From NCBI GenBank assembly GCA_038227875.1, contig JBBRPR010000002.1, positions 43,316-107,315 of the forward strand: a stretch of DNA of 64,000 nt, given 5' to 3'. The position numbers and the translations under genes are program-made. The notes under the pieces were generated by a model. The model did no database searches and had not been told where the DNA came from. It saw nothing but the letters and a program-made list of their open reading frames with translations. Positions within the stretch are counted from its first letter, which is position 1; the number at the start of each line of letters is the position of its first letter. Positions 9,759 through 19,556 of this stretch are shown piece after piece. This stretch comes from Planctomycetota bacterium (GTDB lineage: Bacteria > Planctomycetota > SZUA-567 > H5-PLA8).

Positions 9759-10462
9759 TGCGAACCGACGGCGGCGCCAAAGTTTCGTTTCTCTTCTTCA
9801 TCGACATCATGATGTGTATCAGCGGTGTGATGCTGTTCGTGATCATGCTGCTGATCCTCGACTTGTCGAATGGCGTGGGCTTGACGGCCGGCGCGGAGAA
9901 CGAAGCGAAGGCGGCCGTGCCGGAGTTGCACAAACAGATCGAAGCGCTTCAGCCGAAACTGGATGAACTGAAGCGCGCGGCGGATGCGCCACCGGTGCCG
10001 GCGTTGCCTGTCGTAACCTTCAGCCCGGAGCAGACGGCCGAGCAGGAGAAAAAACTCGCGCAGCTTGAGAAGCAGCGCGCGGAAATGGACGCGAAGATCG
10101 CGGACCTGAAGAAAAAGAAGGAAACGCAGAAGCCCGGCGGCGATTTTTCGATCGTTACATTTGAAATGCCCAACGACGACAGCAAACGGCCGATGGTGGT
10201 CGTGGAATGCGCGCCGGATCGCTACACGGTTCAAGCTCCGGGTGGTCAGCCGCACGACATTACCTCCGAAGATCTGGAATCGCGGCTGGCGGAGGTGCTG
10301 CAATTGCTCTCGGCGTACGATGCGGAAAAGATTTCGGTGCTGGTGGTGGTGAAGCCCTCGGAATTCAAGAACGGGCGCATCGTGGTGAGTTCGTTGCGGA
10401 AACTGAAGTACCAGACCGGCATCGAGCCGATCACGGAAAATCAGTCAGCAATCAAGCGGTAA
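9758..10462 (+). CDS. ExbD/TolR-like single-TM partner with coiled coil
   Basis: N-terminal TM with Asp (FFIDIMMCISG), coiled coil, C-terminal alpha/beta domain. TGATG coupling to the upstream gene. Confidence 0.7.
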   Translation: MRTDGGAKVSFLFFIDIMMCISGVMLFVIMLLILDLSNGVGLTAGAENEAKAAVPELHKQIEALQPKLDELKRAADAPPVPALPVVTFSPEQTAEQEKKLAQLEKQRAEMDAKIADLKKKKETQKPGGDFSIVTFEMPNDDSKRPMVVVECAPDRYTVQAPGGQPHDITSEDLESRLAEVLQLLSAYDAEKISVLVVVKPSEFKNGRIVVSSLRKLKYQTGIEPITENQSAIKR

Positions 10463-10565
10463 GGCAGCCCGTGGATTGACTCTTGTCCGACGCCGCGAAA
10501 CGCCTTTAATGCCAGGCGTTTCACGGAGAACCCAGACGAAATTCACTCTTTTGGCGGGCTGCTAT

Positions 10566-11360
10566 ATGGCGCGTAGAAAAGTAGCGGAAGACGACGACAG
10601 CCTCGAGCTGTTCCTGAGCACCTCCTGCGACTCGTTCGGTGGGATCGTGTTCATCATGCTGCTGATCTGCCTGCTGCCGACGAAGAAGCTCGACAACCTG
10701 ATCGCCGAACGCGATCGCGCGCGGGCGCAGTTGGCGCAGATTCAGTCGGAGATCGACAAGCTGCAGGACCGTGCGAAGCTCGCGTCGGCCCATGCTCCAA
10801 AACCGAAGGCCGATCCGCCGCCTCTTCAGGCCCAGCTGGCATCCGCGGAGAACGAGTTGAAGGTCCGCGAGCTGGAACGCACGGAGTTGGAAGCCTCGCT
10901 GGCGGAAGCGCCGCCCAAGCCCAAACCCGGAGGAGAACTGCGCTACACGCGGCGGCCGTATTTGCACGAGGTCGACAAGCAGACGTTTCCGATCGTGATT
11001 TTCGAAAACAAGGTGATGCTGCCGCAGGCGGGCAAGGATTTTCATCTGAACGAAGAGGATTTCGAACTCGTCCGCCTGCCCAAGATCATGCAGTTCAAAC
11101 CGCTCTCGGGAAAAGGCGTCGACACGAAGACGTGGCTCAAGTCTGCGGACGGGTTGAGAGATGTCACCGACCGGTTGCCGCGGGATAAAATCGTCGTGAA
11201 CATTCTGCTCTATCCCGACAGCGTCGCCAGCTTTGAAGCGGTGCGTTCGGCTTTCACGGCGCAGGGGTACGACTACAATTGGATGCCGTTGGCCCCCACC
11301 GAGCCGGTCAATCTGGCGACCGGTGGCGGATCGGGGACGACCAAGAACGACGCGCAGTGA
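10566..11360 (+). CDS. Second ExbD/TolR-like single-TM partner with coiled coil
   Basis: MARRK..DDDSLELFLSTSCDSFGGIVFIMLLICLL, coiled coil, Pro-rich linker, C-terminal LLYPDSVASF..GYDYNWMPL. Start set at ATG 10566. Confidence 0.7.
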   Translation: MARRKVAEDDDSLELFLSTSCDSFGGIVFIMLLICLLPTKKLDNLIAERDRARAQLAQIQSEIDKLQDRAKLASAHAPKPKADPPPLQAQLASAENELKVRELERTELEASLAEAPPKPKPGGELRYTRRPYLHEVDKQTFPIVIFENKVMLPQAGKDFHLNEEDFELVRLPKIMQFKPLSGKGVDTKTWLKSADGLRDVTDRLPRDKIVVNILLYPDSVASFEAVRSAFTAQGYDYNWMPLAPTEPVNLATGGGSGTTKNDAQ

Positions 11361-11366
11361 ACAGCT

Positions 11367-11390
11367 GCAGGCGGAACGCCTGCGCCACAA
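11367..11390 (+). repeat. REP-like hairpin GCAGGCG-GAA-CGCCTGC-GCCACAA after the operon
   Basis: 7-bp perfect stem directly after the stop codon. Single copy in the window. Confidence 0.4.
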
Positions 11391-11519
11391 TTTTACTCGC
11401 GTTGGAATATAAAATGCTTCCGGTATGATGCGCAGATCGCTTAAGACGCCCCACCGACTGAAATTCGACTGATTATCGGCGCGGCGGCTCGAAATGACTC
11501 GTGTGGGAGTATTTTTGGT

Positions 11520-12068
11520 ATGACAGACGCGGCGTCCAGTCCGATCAGTCCAGCCTCACCCGAGGCGGTGCATCCGCCCGAAGCGCCGATTTTTTCGGGG
11601 TCGGTTTCGCTGTGGATGGGATTCAAGACGTTTGTGATGGTTGGGCTGCTGGAAATTCTCGCGGTTGCCGCGCTGATTTACAGTCTGACGCAGACGGGGA
11701 ATTTCAAGCAGGTGCTGCTGATCGGCGGCGTGGCGCTGCTGCTGGCGACCAATATGATGCTGATGTACATCATCGGGCGGATCCGCAGCCAGCGCTACAC
11801 GATCACCCGCAAACTGGTGGAACGCGAGCAGGGCCTGGTGGTGAAGCGCGTCGATTCGCTCGACCTGGCGCGCGTGAAAGACGTGGAGCTGACACAGTCT
11901 TTTCTCGACCGCACGCTGAATATCGGCACGATCGAATTGATTTCCGCCGACCGGCTCAATCCTGACATGCGCATCGAAGCGATTCCCAATCCGCGGCCCA
12001 TTTATGAAGGGCTGCGCGACGCGGTGATCGCGATCAATCAACGGCGCGGGATCGTGACTTCGGAATGA
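11520..12068 (+). CDS. Membrane protein with bacterial PH domain (bPH_2-like)
   Basis: Two TM helices, then YTITRKLVEREQGLV..LDLARVKDVELTQSFLDRTLNIGTIELIS. Confidence 0.85.
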   Translation: MTDAASSPISPASPEAVHPPEAPIFSGSVSLWMGFKTFVMVGLLEILAVAALIYSLTQTGNFKQVLLIGGVALLLATNMMLMYIIGRIRSQRYTITRKLVEREQGLVVKRVDSLDLARVKDVELTQSFLDRTLNIGTIELISADRLNPDMRIEAIPNPRPIYEGLRDAVIAINQRRGIVTSE

Positions 12069-12442
12069 AAGTTTTCTTCCGCGTGATGCTCTCGGCGCTG
12101 GTGGTCTTCGCCGGCGTGTTGCATTTCGTTCATCCCGAGCCGTTCGTGGCGATCGTGCCGGCGTTTTTGCCGGCGCCGCTGGCGTTGGTTTACATCAGCG
12201 GCTTTTTCGAAATCCTGGGCGGCATCGGCTTGCAGATTCCGCGCGTGCAGCGCGCAGCGGCGTGGGGATTGGTCGCGTTGTTCATCGCGGTATTTCCGGC
12301 CAACGTTTACATGGCCATCTACCACGTGCCGTTTAATGGCGCTGTGTATCCGATCATGGGCTGGGTGCGCTTGCCGCTGCAGGCGGTGCTGGTGTATTGG
12401 GCCTATGTCTTCACCAAACCGACCCCCTCGACTCAAAACTAG
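12065..12442 (+). CDS. DoxX-like membrane protein
   Basis: AGVLHF..F..IVPAFLP..LVYISGFFEILGG..AVFPANVYMA..RLPLQ. Confidence 0.85.
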   Translation: MKVFFRVMLSALVVFAGVLHFVHPEPFVAIVPAFLPAPLALVYISGFFEILGGIGLQIPRVQRAAAWGLVALFIAVFPANVYMAIYHVPFNGAVYPIMGWVRLPLQAVLVYWAYVFTKPTPSTQN

Positions 12443-12692
12443 ACCATACTTCCTGCCATAAATCCGCTACCGGACCCGCCTTGCCTGATTTTCAGAAAAG
12501 TCGCGCCATAGTGTAGTACCGCGGTGTACTTGGTTCTATGGCTAGGCCAAGATTTAAAATCACATGTGAATCTTGTAATCTGTTTAATAAAAATGGGTTA
12601 ACGTACTTCTTTCGAATGCATTGGCTGGGAAAATGACTGACATAAAGCCATCTGGTTCCGGCTTCGAATGGGCATTGCGAGGACGATTGATC

Positions 12693-15600
12693 ATGTCGAA
12701 TGTGTGGATGGGTGTAGCGCTTTCACTGCTGGCAGTGTGCGGCGTTGCGTGTGCCGAAGAGGGCGGGGGAGCCGCGCACTTTTCGTGGCAGGAACCTCAC
12801 GCCAAAGTGCTGCCCAGCGGCGGATTGGAATGGGCGCCAAAGCCATTCGTCTTCGAGAAGGGCGACTCGCTGCGCTACATCGACTTTGAAGCCGGCGACG
12901 ACACGAAAGACGGCGCGTCGCAACAGACCGCGTGGAAGCATCATCCGTGGGACGCCAACGCCACGGGCGTGGCCAAGGCCTGCAAGGGCATTCAGACGTA
13001 CGTGTTCAAAGGCGGCGTGATTTATCGCGGCGCGCTGGTCGTCGCCGAATCGGGGGCGCCGGGCAATCCCATTCGATTGACGTCCGATCCGGCGTGGGGC
13101 AAGGGAGAGGCGCTGTTCTATGGTTCGACACAGATTAAAGGCGGCTGGAAGAAGGGCAGCTCCGAAGAAGCGCCGGAGATCCCGAAGCCGGAGATCGTCT
13201 GGTATAACGACGTCGGCAAGGACTACGATCCGGATCCCGACCACGTCAAGTTCTCGTCGCTCTGGCAGGTCAGCGGCGACAAAGTCGAACGCATGCACAT
13301 TGCCCGTGAACCCAACTACGATCTCGTCGATCCGAACAATCCCGTGAAGAGTTGGCCGACCTGGAGCGGCTTTGATCCGAAGACGTCGACGCTGACCTCA
13401 CCGGCGCTGAAAAATCTGGGCGAGAAGAATCTGTTCAACGGCGCGGTGCTGTGGAGCGAGAGCGATTTCCTGATGGGCGCGGCGGTCTCGCGGCCGATGT
13501 CGGGCTATGTGTACAATCCCGAAGCTGGTTCGATAACGAGCAAGGAAATCTCGCCGCACTGGTTCAGCCGCATCCCGCACAACAAAGTTCATTTCATGAT
13601 CGAGAACGTTGCCAAGTTTCTCGACGTACCCGGCGAATACTTTTTCGCGGTCAACGGTCCGAAAGCCGGACGCCTGTACGTCATTCCACCCGGCGGAGTC
13701 GACCCGAACACCGTCGTGTACGAAGTGGCGCAGACACGCTTTCCGATCTATATCGCCGACCAGCATGACATCACCATCAGCGGACTGGAATTCCGCTACA
13801 ACGATCCCGACGACGGCTCGGCACACGATTATTACGTGGGCTGCGGCGGTCCGTCGCCGTGCGTCCGCGTGCTGGGCAACTGCACCAATCTGACGGTCAA
13901 GAATTGCAAATTTTATCACGTCGCCAACGCCATCGTGACCACGCTGCGGGCCGATGGCGATAATGCGCCGACCAACGACAAGGTGATGGACAATATCATT
14001 ATCACCGACAACGACATTCTGCACTCCGAACGCGGCGGCACGATTTCGATCAACGGCGACAGCCAGCGCGCGAAGGGCGCCGCCTACGGGCAGCTCAAGC
14101 ATGTCGAGATTCTGCGCAATCGCGTGGTTGATACGGGCTTCCGCTGCGGCTACAGCCCGTGGACCTCAATTCCGGCGATTTCCTTGAGCGACTGCGTCAC
14201 CTGCGAGATCGCAGGCAACATCGTCGACACGAGTTTCGGCAACGGCATCATCACCTATGGCGGGAAGAGCTCCGGCGGAACCAATTTTGTGCCGCTGACG
14301 CGCATGTACGTTCATCACAACCAGATCGACAACAGCATGCTGGGCTGCAACGACTACGGCGGCCTGGAACACTTTCAGGGCGGCCCGGTTTACCTCTACA
14401 ACAACGTCGTTCACAACTGCATCGGCAACCGGACGCTGGGTGTGGAACTCGGCTACAGCCTCTACCTCGACGGCGGCTTCAAATGCTATTCCTTCAACAA
14501 CATCCTGGCAGGGCTGGTGAAAGCAGGCGAGCCCGACTACTACAACAACTGTGGTTACTTCATGGTCTTCGGATTCATGGATCAGCTCTTTAACAACACG
14601 ATCTTTCACTTCAACAACGCGTTGGATGGCAGTTCCGGAAATCGCTCGAACATCCTGGGCAACCTGATGGTGGATTGCAAAAACTCGTTCATCAGCCAGA
14701 ACCGGCAAGGCGACGTGTCGATGGTGGCCGGCGGCGATACCGGCGCGATGGGACGCATGGGCATTCCGACCATGTCCTACGCGAGCAACGTTTATTTCGG
14801 AAAGCCGAAAGATTTCGGCTGCGTCGCCGGCACGGGAAACCTGGGCGGCGCCAAAGCTCCTGTTGTCCCCGGCAAAACGCTGGAAGAACTGCGCGACAAG
14901 TTGCAGGGCGAGAAATGCCGGCTCGGCACGCTCGGCTGGCACGTGACCGACGCGCCGCTGGCGGACCCGGTCAAGAAGGACTATCGGCTCACCGCCAATT
15001 CCGGCGCAAAGGAACGCGGCGTGAAGTACTTCGTTCCGTTCGCGCTGGCGCGCAACGTCGGTGAGTGGAATTTCTTCAAGAGCGCCTCGAGCCCGCAGGT
15101 CGTCCTGGGTGAAGGGTTCTACATGACCGACGAATACATCGGTCGCGACATGTACTACTTCATTCCGCGCAACGATCTGACTGTCTCCGAATGCAAGGCG
15201 GAAGATTATGTGGCCGGCACGCTCGAGGACTGGATCGAAGGCGCGCTGGTCTTCGACGGCAAGGACCGCGTGGCAACGCTGTCGCATGCCGAGATGACCA
15301 AGAACATGGAATACCCTGGCAAGAACAATACGAAGATTCAGTACGATGGTTCCAAGCGCGAAACGCTGGACATGGCCGCCAATAATTTCCTGATCGAAAC
15401 CGTGTTCAAAACGGAAGCCGGTCAAACGAAGGGCGTGCTCGCGTCGAAAATGGCGCAGTCGGGCTACGAACTGGCGGTGGGTGCCGAAGGCGCTGTGACG
15501 CTGACGATCCAGGCCGGCGAGGCGAAAGCGACGGCGGCTTCGACGGCGAAAATCAACGACGGCAAGTGGCATCACGTCATTGCGGAAGTCGACCGCGCGG

Positions 15601-15881
15601 CCGGCAAGGCGACGTTCTATGTTGACGGCAAAGCGGCTGGCGAGGGGAAGCTCGACGGCGTTGCCAAGGATGCGGCGCTGTCGAACGTGGCAGATTTTGT
15701 GGTGGGCAAGGGTTTCGCCGGAGCGATGGATTTCCTGCGCGTCTGCCGCGGCACGCTGGCCGAATCGCAGACGACGATCGGCGAAGTGTACGCCTGGGAA
15801 TTTGACGGGCCGTTCTTGAAGGACTTCACCGGAAAGGCTCCGGCCGATGGCAAGCGCGACGCGGGAGCCATTGGGAGATAG
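12693..15881 (+). CDS. Large secreted right-handed beta-helix (pectin-lyase-like) protein with C-terminal LamG/ConA-like domain
   Basis: Signal peptide, YVFKGGVIYRG, LDVPGEYFF, Asn-ladder repeats (IAGNIVD, VHHNQID, LYNNVVH, FNNTIF), INDGKWHHVIAEVDR..FYVDG. GAGGA RBS before ATG 12693. Confidence 0.85.
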   Translation: MSNVWMGVALSLLAVCGVACAEEGGGAAHFSWQEPHAKVLPSGGLEWAPKPFVFEKGDSLRYIDFEAGDDTKDGASQQTAWKHHPWDANATGVAKACKGIQTYVFKGGVIYRGALVVAESGAPGNPIRLTSDPAWGKGEALFYGSTQIKGGWKKGSSEEAPEIPKPEIVWYNDVGKDYDPDPDHVKFSSLWQVSGDKVERMHIAREPNYDLVDPNNPVKSWPTWSGFDPKTSTLTSPALKNLGEKNLFNGAVLWSESDFLMGAAVSRPMSGYVYNPEAGSITSKEISPHWFSRIPHNKVHFMIENVAKFLDVPGEYFFAVNGPKAGRLYVIPPGGVDPNTVVYEVAQTRFPIYIADQHDITISGLEFRYNDPDDGSAHDYYVGCGGPSPCVRVLGNCTNLTVKNCKFYHVANAIVTTLRADGDNAPTNDKVMDNIIITDNDILHSERGGTISINGDSQRAKGAAYGQLKHVEILRNRVVDTGFRCGYSPWTSIPAISLSDCVTCEIAGNIVDTSFGNGIITYGGKSSGGTNFVPLTRMYVHHNQIDNSMLGCNDYGGLEHFQGGPVYLYNNVVHNCIGNRTLGVELGYSLYLDGGFKCYSFNNILAGLVKAGEPDYYNNCGYFMVFGFMDQLFNNTIFHFNNALDGSSGNRSNILGNLMVDCKNSFISQNRQGDVSMVAGGDTGAMGRMGIPTMSYASNVYFGKPKDFGCVAGTGNLGGAKAPVVPGKTLEELRDKLQGEKCRLGTLGWHVTDAPLADPVKKDYRLTANSGAKERGVKYFVPFALARNVGEWNFFKSASSPQVVLGEGFYMTDEYIGRDMYYFIPRNDLTVSECKAEDYVAGTLEDWIEGALVFDGKDRVATLSHAEMTKNMEYPGKNNTKIQYDGSKRETLDMAANNFLIETVFKTEAGQTKGVLASKMAQSGYELAVGAEGAVTLTIQAGEAKATAASTAKINDGKWHHVIAEVDRAAGKATFYVDGKAAGEGKLDGVAKDAALSNVADFVVGKGFAGAMDFLRVCRGTLAESQTTIGEVYAWEFDGPFLKDFTGKAPADGKRDAGAIGR

Positions 15882-15933
15882 GACGATAGAAAGATTGGGC
15901 GACAGTCTTTAAAACAGTGGCCAGAGGGCGACG

Positions 15934-17334
15934 ATTCTGGAACGCACCGAGCTCACGCAGTACGGCATCACCTGGACGTTCGACCGCCCGGTGCAGTGCG
16001 GGACGTTTGTCACCGGGGATTGGTGGGTGGTGGGACCGGTGACGGTGACCGGCGTTTCGCCCATGCCGGGACCGGCCAACGCGAATCAGGACACCGGCAC
16101 GGTGAAAAGCATCTACGGCACAACGGCGATGATCGACGATCGCCGGATGCGCAACGGTTCGATGATCGTGCTGCGCGCGAGCGCCGACCAGGGTTACGAC
16201 TCTCGGGTCGTGAATTACGATCCGTTGCAGACCGTTTCGTTTCCGTGCGCACTGCAGCCGGACCGCGCGCTGATTTCCACGAGCAGCAATCACACCAGTC
16301 CCGTCGAGGTGCTGCATCAGGCGCTGATGTGGCCGACGGAATCGCGCGGAGCTCTCGCGTTGAAAAGCGCCGCGGTGCTCACCTGCGTTGCGCAGGTCCC
16401 GCCGGCCGACGCGTTCCGACCGGCGTACGCGGGAACGATCAAGCCGCTCTATCGCGCCAGCGCGATTCAGTGGGAGCGACTTTCCCAGCTCGCGCCGCCG
16501 ACAGCATGTCCGGTTCCAGACTGGGCGCAATTAGAGCGCTACTTCCAGCGCCCATGGCTGGACCACATCGATAGCTGGCTGCTGCAGCACATGGGGCCCA
16601 GCGAGAATCAGGTCAACTACGGCCGCGAATTCAGCCGCATCAATTCGATAGCCAGCCTGATGCTGCTGCTCGATGTTCCTCGCGAGAAGAATGAGAAACT
16701 GCTGCTCGGGTTTTTGCAGTGGGGCATTGATTTGGCTGGATTAGTCCACAGCGGACGGCGCTGGTTTGCGGATGGTGGACATTGGAATGGCCGCAAGTGG
16801 CCGATTCTTTTTGCGGGGATGTTGCTGGGCGATGCGAATTTGCAGGCGCTGCCGGCGTCGCCCGACGCGCTGTTCTCGGAAGATCAGCAGACATACTACG
16901 GACGCGGCTGGAAGGGACAGACGGCGCTGTACCAAATGGTCTGGCACACCTTTCCGCGCACGCCGTACGAGGAGAAAGCGCCGGAAGCATGGGACGCCAG
17001 CGATCGGCTCTCCGAGGGATACCGCGCCACGTGCTCGGTCGGCTGGCCGGGCACGGCGCTCGCTGCGCTTTTGATGAACGCCAAGGCGCTCTGGAATCAC
17101 GACGCGTTTTTCGACTATTGCGATCGCTGGATGGAGCACGACACATTCCCCGAAAGGAAGTGTCTGCCCGTCGCGGGCAGCGCCGGTCACGCGGATCCGT
17201 TTGTCGAAGCGATGTGGCACATGTATCGCGCAAAGATTCCCAACCAGCCGCGCGGTTCCGTTCACCGCAAGTGGGTGTGGATCGATCTTGAAAAGCGGTT
17301 GAGTAAATTTATATCAAACCAGTCTGGTGAATAA
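15934..17334 (+). CDS. Hypothetical Trp/Tyr/His-rich protein, possible carbohydrate-active enzyme; start codon unresolved
   Basis: ORF 15991-17334. The frame stays open upstream through ELTQYGITWTFDRP to a TAA at 15910, with no ATG/GTG/TTG in that extension. Confidence 0.75.
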   Translation: MLERTELTQYGITWTFDRPVQCGTFVTGDWWVVGPVTVTGVSPMPGPANANQDTGTVKSIYGTTAMIDDRRMRNGSMIVLRASADQGYDSRVVNYDPLQTVSFPCALQPDRALISTSSNHTSPVEVLHQALMWPTESRGALALKSAAVLTCVAQVPPADAFRPAYAGTIKPLYRASAIQWERLSQLAPPTACPVPDWAQLERYFQRPWLDHIDSWLLQHMGPSENQVNYGREFSRINSIASLMLLLDVPREKNEKLLLGFLQWGIDLAGLVHSGRRWFADGGHWNGRKWPILFAGMLLGDANLQALPASPDALFSEDQQTYYGRGWKGQTALYQMVWHTFPRTPYEEKAPEAWDASDRLSEGYRATCSVGWPGTALAALLMNAKALWNHDAFFDYCDRWMEHDTFPERKCLPVAGSAGHADPFVEAMWHMYRAKIPNQPRGSVHRKWVWIDLEKRLSKFISNQSGE

Positions 17335-17436
17335 GCAACACGTGGCTGTTTTGCGGGGAGGACATTTTCTACGGGCAACTAGCATCTTGGCCGATACACG
17401 GTACAGTACCCGATACCAGGGGATTGAGCCGACGCT

Positions 17437-17967
17437 ATGAAATTACCGCGTGCCAAGAAGACGCCCGTACCGCCACCGCCTGAGATCCCCGTCGATGAGA
17501 AACTCTGCACGAACTGCGGCAAGTGCTGCTACAAGAAGTTGCTCGTCGGCCGCATCGTGTATATCACGCCGTTTCCGTGCGAATTTCTCGACACCAAAAC
17601 GAATCTCTGCACGATCTACGACCGCCGCAAGGAACTCAATCCGCTCTGCCTGTCCGTGCCTGAAGGGATGACGGTCAGCGCGTTTCCAACCGACTGCCCG
17701 TACGTTCCGATCCATGCGCCGAAAAATTACAAGCCGGCGTACGAGAAGGATTGGAGCGAGGAGTGGGACGACTTCGACGCGTTTGCCGACGACATGGAAG
17801 CGTCTCCGGAAATGCGCGCCATAGTTCATAAGCGCGGGCCGCACGCCAAGCCGATGTACACCGAAGCTGTTGTGCCGTCGCTGGTGGAACTGGCGCGGCC
17901 GCCGGTGGAAGTGGTGAACGCGAAAGCCGATGATAATGGAGCTCGCAGCGGGGCGCAAAGCCCATGA
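17437..17967 (+). CDS. YcgN/CxxCxxCC-type cysteine-cluster protein
   Basis: LCTNCGKCCYKK..PCEFLD..CTIYDRR..CL..FPTDCPY. Confidence 0.85.
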   Translation: MKLPRAKKTPVPPPPEIPVDEKLCTNCGKCCYKKLLVGRIVYITPFPCEFLDTKTNLCTIYDRRKELNPLCLSVPEGMTVSAFPTDCPYVPIHAPKNYKPAYEKDWSEEWDDFDAFADDMEASPEMRAIVHKRGPHAKPMYTEAVVPSLVELARPPVEVVNAKADDNGARSGAQSP

Positions 17968-19541
17968 GCGAAACTGAGGAAACTCGGCGGGTTTCGCGGC
18001 GCTACATTCCCGGCAAGACCGGGCGCCTGGTCGATATTCGCACCGATGCTTCCATTCAGGAACGACTCAAAGCCTACGAAGAAGAAGCCGGAAAGCTCGC
18101 CCTGCTGCTGCAGATGTCGACGATCCTGGCCTCCGAAAAAGAATTGGATGTGCTGCTGACGGAGATCGTCGGCCACACCACCAGCATGATGGGCTGCGAA
18201 CGGTCCAGCGTGCTGCTGGCCGACCACGGCACCAACGAACTCTACGCGCTCGTCGCCGAAGGTCTCGACTGCAAGGAACTCCGTTTCAGCATGGACAAGG
18301 GCATCGCCGGCTACGTGGCGCGGACCGGCGAGTCGCTGAATATTCCCGATGCGTACGCCGATGCGCGTTTCAATCAGGCCGTCGACAAGGCCACGGGCTT
18401 CCGCACGGTTTCGATTCTCTGCATGCCGCTGCTCGACCGAGCCGGCCGGACGCTGGGCGTGATCCAGTGTCTCAACAACAAAAACCCGTCCGGCAAGATC
18501 GTGCCCTTCGATCAATCGGAAGAGGTGTTTCTTTCCGCGGTCGCGGGCCAGGCCTCGATTCTGCTCGAGAATAGTTCGCTCAACCGGCGCATGGACAAGC
18601 TCTTTGAAGCGTTCGTGATCGCGACCAGCCGATCGATCGACGATCGCGATCCGTGCACCAGCGGCCATTCGCGGCGCGTCACGGCGTATTCGCTGAACCT
18701 CGCGCGCGCGGTCCACGAATGCAACGTGCCGCCGTTCGATCAGCATGTGTACACGCGCGAACGCATGCGCCAGTTGCGCTACGCCTGCCTGCTCCACGAC
18801 GCTGGGAAGATCGGCGTACGCGAGAACGTGCTCTGCAAGGCGACGAAGATCAGCGTCGCAGCGCTGGAAGCGGTGCGCGAGCGCTTCAAATACATGCGCG
18901 AAAAATCGCGCGCCGACGGGCTGGCCAAGTGCCTGGCGGAGAAGCTCGATCCGGAGAAGTACCTCGCCGAGCACCACGAACCGCACCTGTTAAAGCTCAG
19001 CGACGCGCTGGCGTTGATTGAAGCGGTCAACGTGGCCACGTTCACATCGCCCGAGCAGGCGGACAAGTTGCGCGTGCTGGAAGCGCTGACGTGGATCACG
19101 CCGGCGGAGTGCGAGAATCTTTCGGTCATCCGCGGCAACCTGACGGCGACCGAATGGGAGGACATGCGCAGCCACGTGACGAAAAGTTACCGCATGCTGC
19201 TGCCGATTCCCTGGCCGGAGGAAATGCGCGATCTGCCGGAAGTCGCCTACGCGCATCACGAAAAGTACGACGGCAGCGGCTACCCCCGGCGCTTGAAAGC
19301 CGGCGAGATTCCGTTCGACGGACACATCATGTGTGTGGCGGACATCTACGACGCGCTGACGGCGTCCGACCGCCCGTACAAAAAAGCGATCCCGCACGAA
19401 CGCGCGAAAAAAATCCTGATGGAAGAGGAAGCGGCGAAAGGCAAGATTCTGCCCGAGCTGGTCGAACTGTTCTTCGCGCAGAAGTGCTATGAGATTTCGC
19501 CGGATAAATTCGGGAGCGGGTTGTTTGAGGCTGTGCAATAA
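17964..19541 (+). CDS. GAF + HD-GYP cyclic-dinucleotide phosphodiesterase
   Basis: GAF (GIAGYVARTGESLNIPDAY..RFN..DKATGFRT), TSGHSRRV, LLHDAGKIG, HHEKYDGSGYP, ADIYDALT..RPYK. Confidence 0.93.
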   Translation: MSETEETRRVSRRYIPGKTGRLVDIRTDASIQERLKAYEEEAGKLALLLQMSTILASEKELDVLLTEIVGHTTSMMGCERSSVLLADHGTNELYALVAEGLDCKELRFSMDKGIAGYVARTGESLNIPDAYADARFNQAVDKATGFRTVSILCMPLLDRAGRTLGVIQCLNNKNPSGKIVPFDQSEEVFLSAVAGQASILLENSSLNRRMDKLFEAFVIATSRSIDDRDPCTSGHSRRVTAYSLNLARAVHECNVPPFDQHVYTRERMRQLRYACLLHDAGKIGVRENVLCKATKISVAALEAVRERFKYMREKSRADGLAKCLAEKLDPEKYLAEHHEPHLLKLSDALALIEAVNVATFTSPEQADKLRVLEALTWITPAECENLSVIRGNLTATEWEDMRSHVTKSYRMLLPIPWPEEMRDLPEVAYAHHEKYDGSGYPRRLKAGEIPFDGHIMCVADIYDALTASDRPYKKAIPHERAKKILMEEEAAKGKILPELVELFFAQKCYEISPDKFGSGLFEAVQ

Positions 19542-19556
19542 GGACAGCAGCTCCAT

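Noticed and set aside
8916-11360. Zorya (ZorAB) or flagellar MotAB call
   Set aside because: No long ZorA tail, no OmpA-like domain, and no zorC/D/E or flagellar genes nearby.
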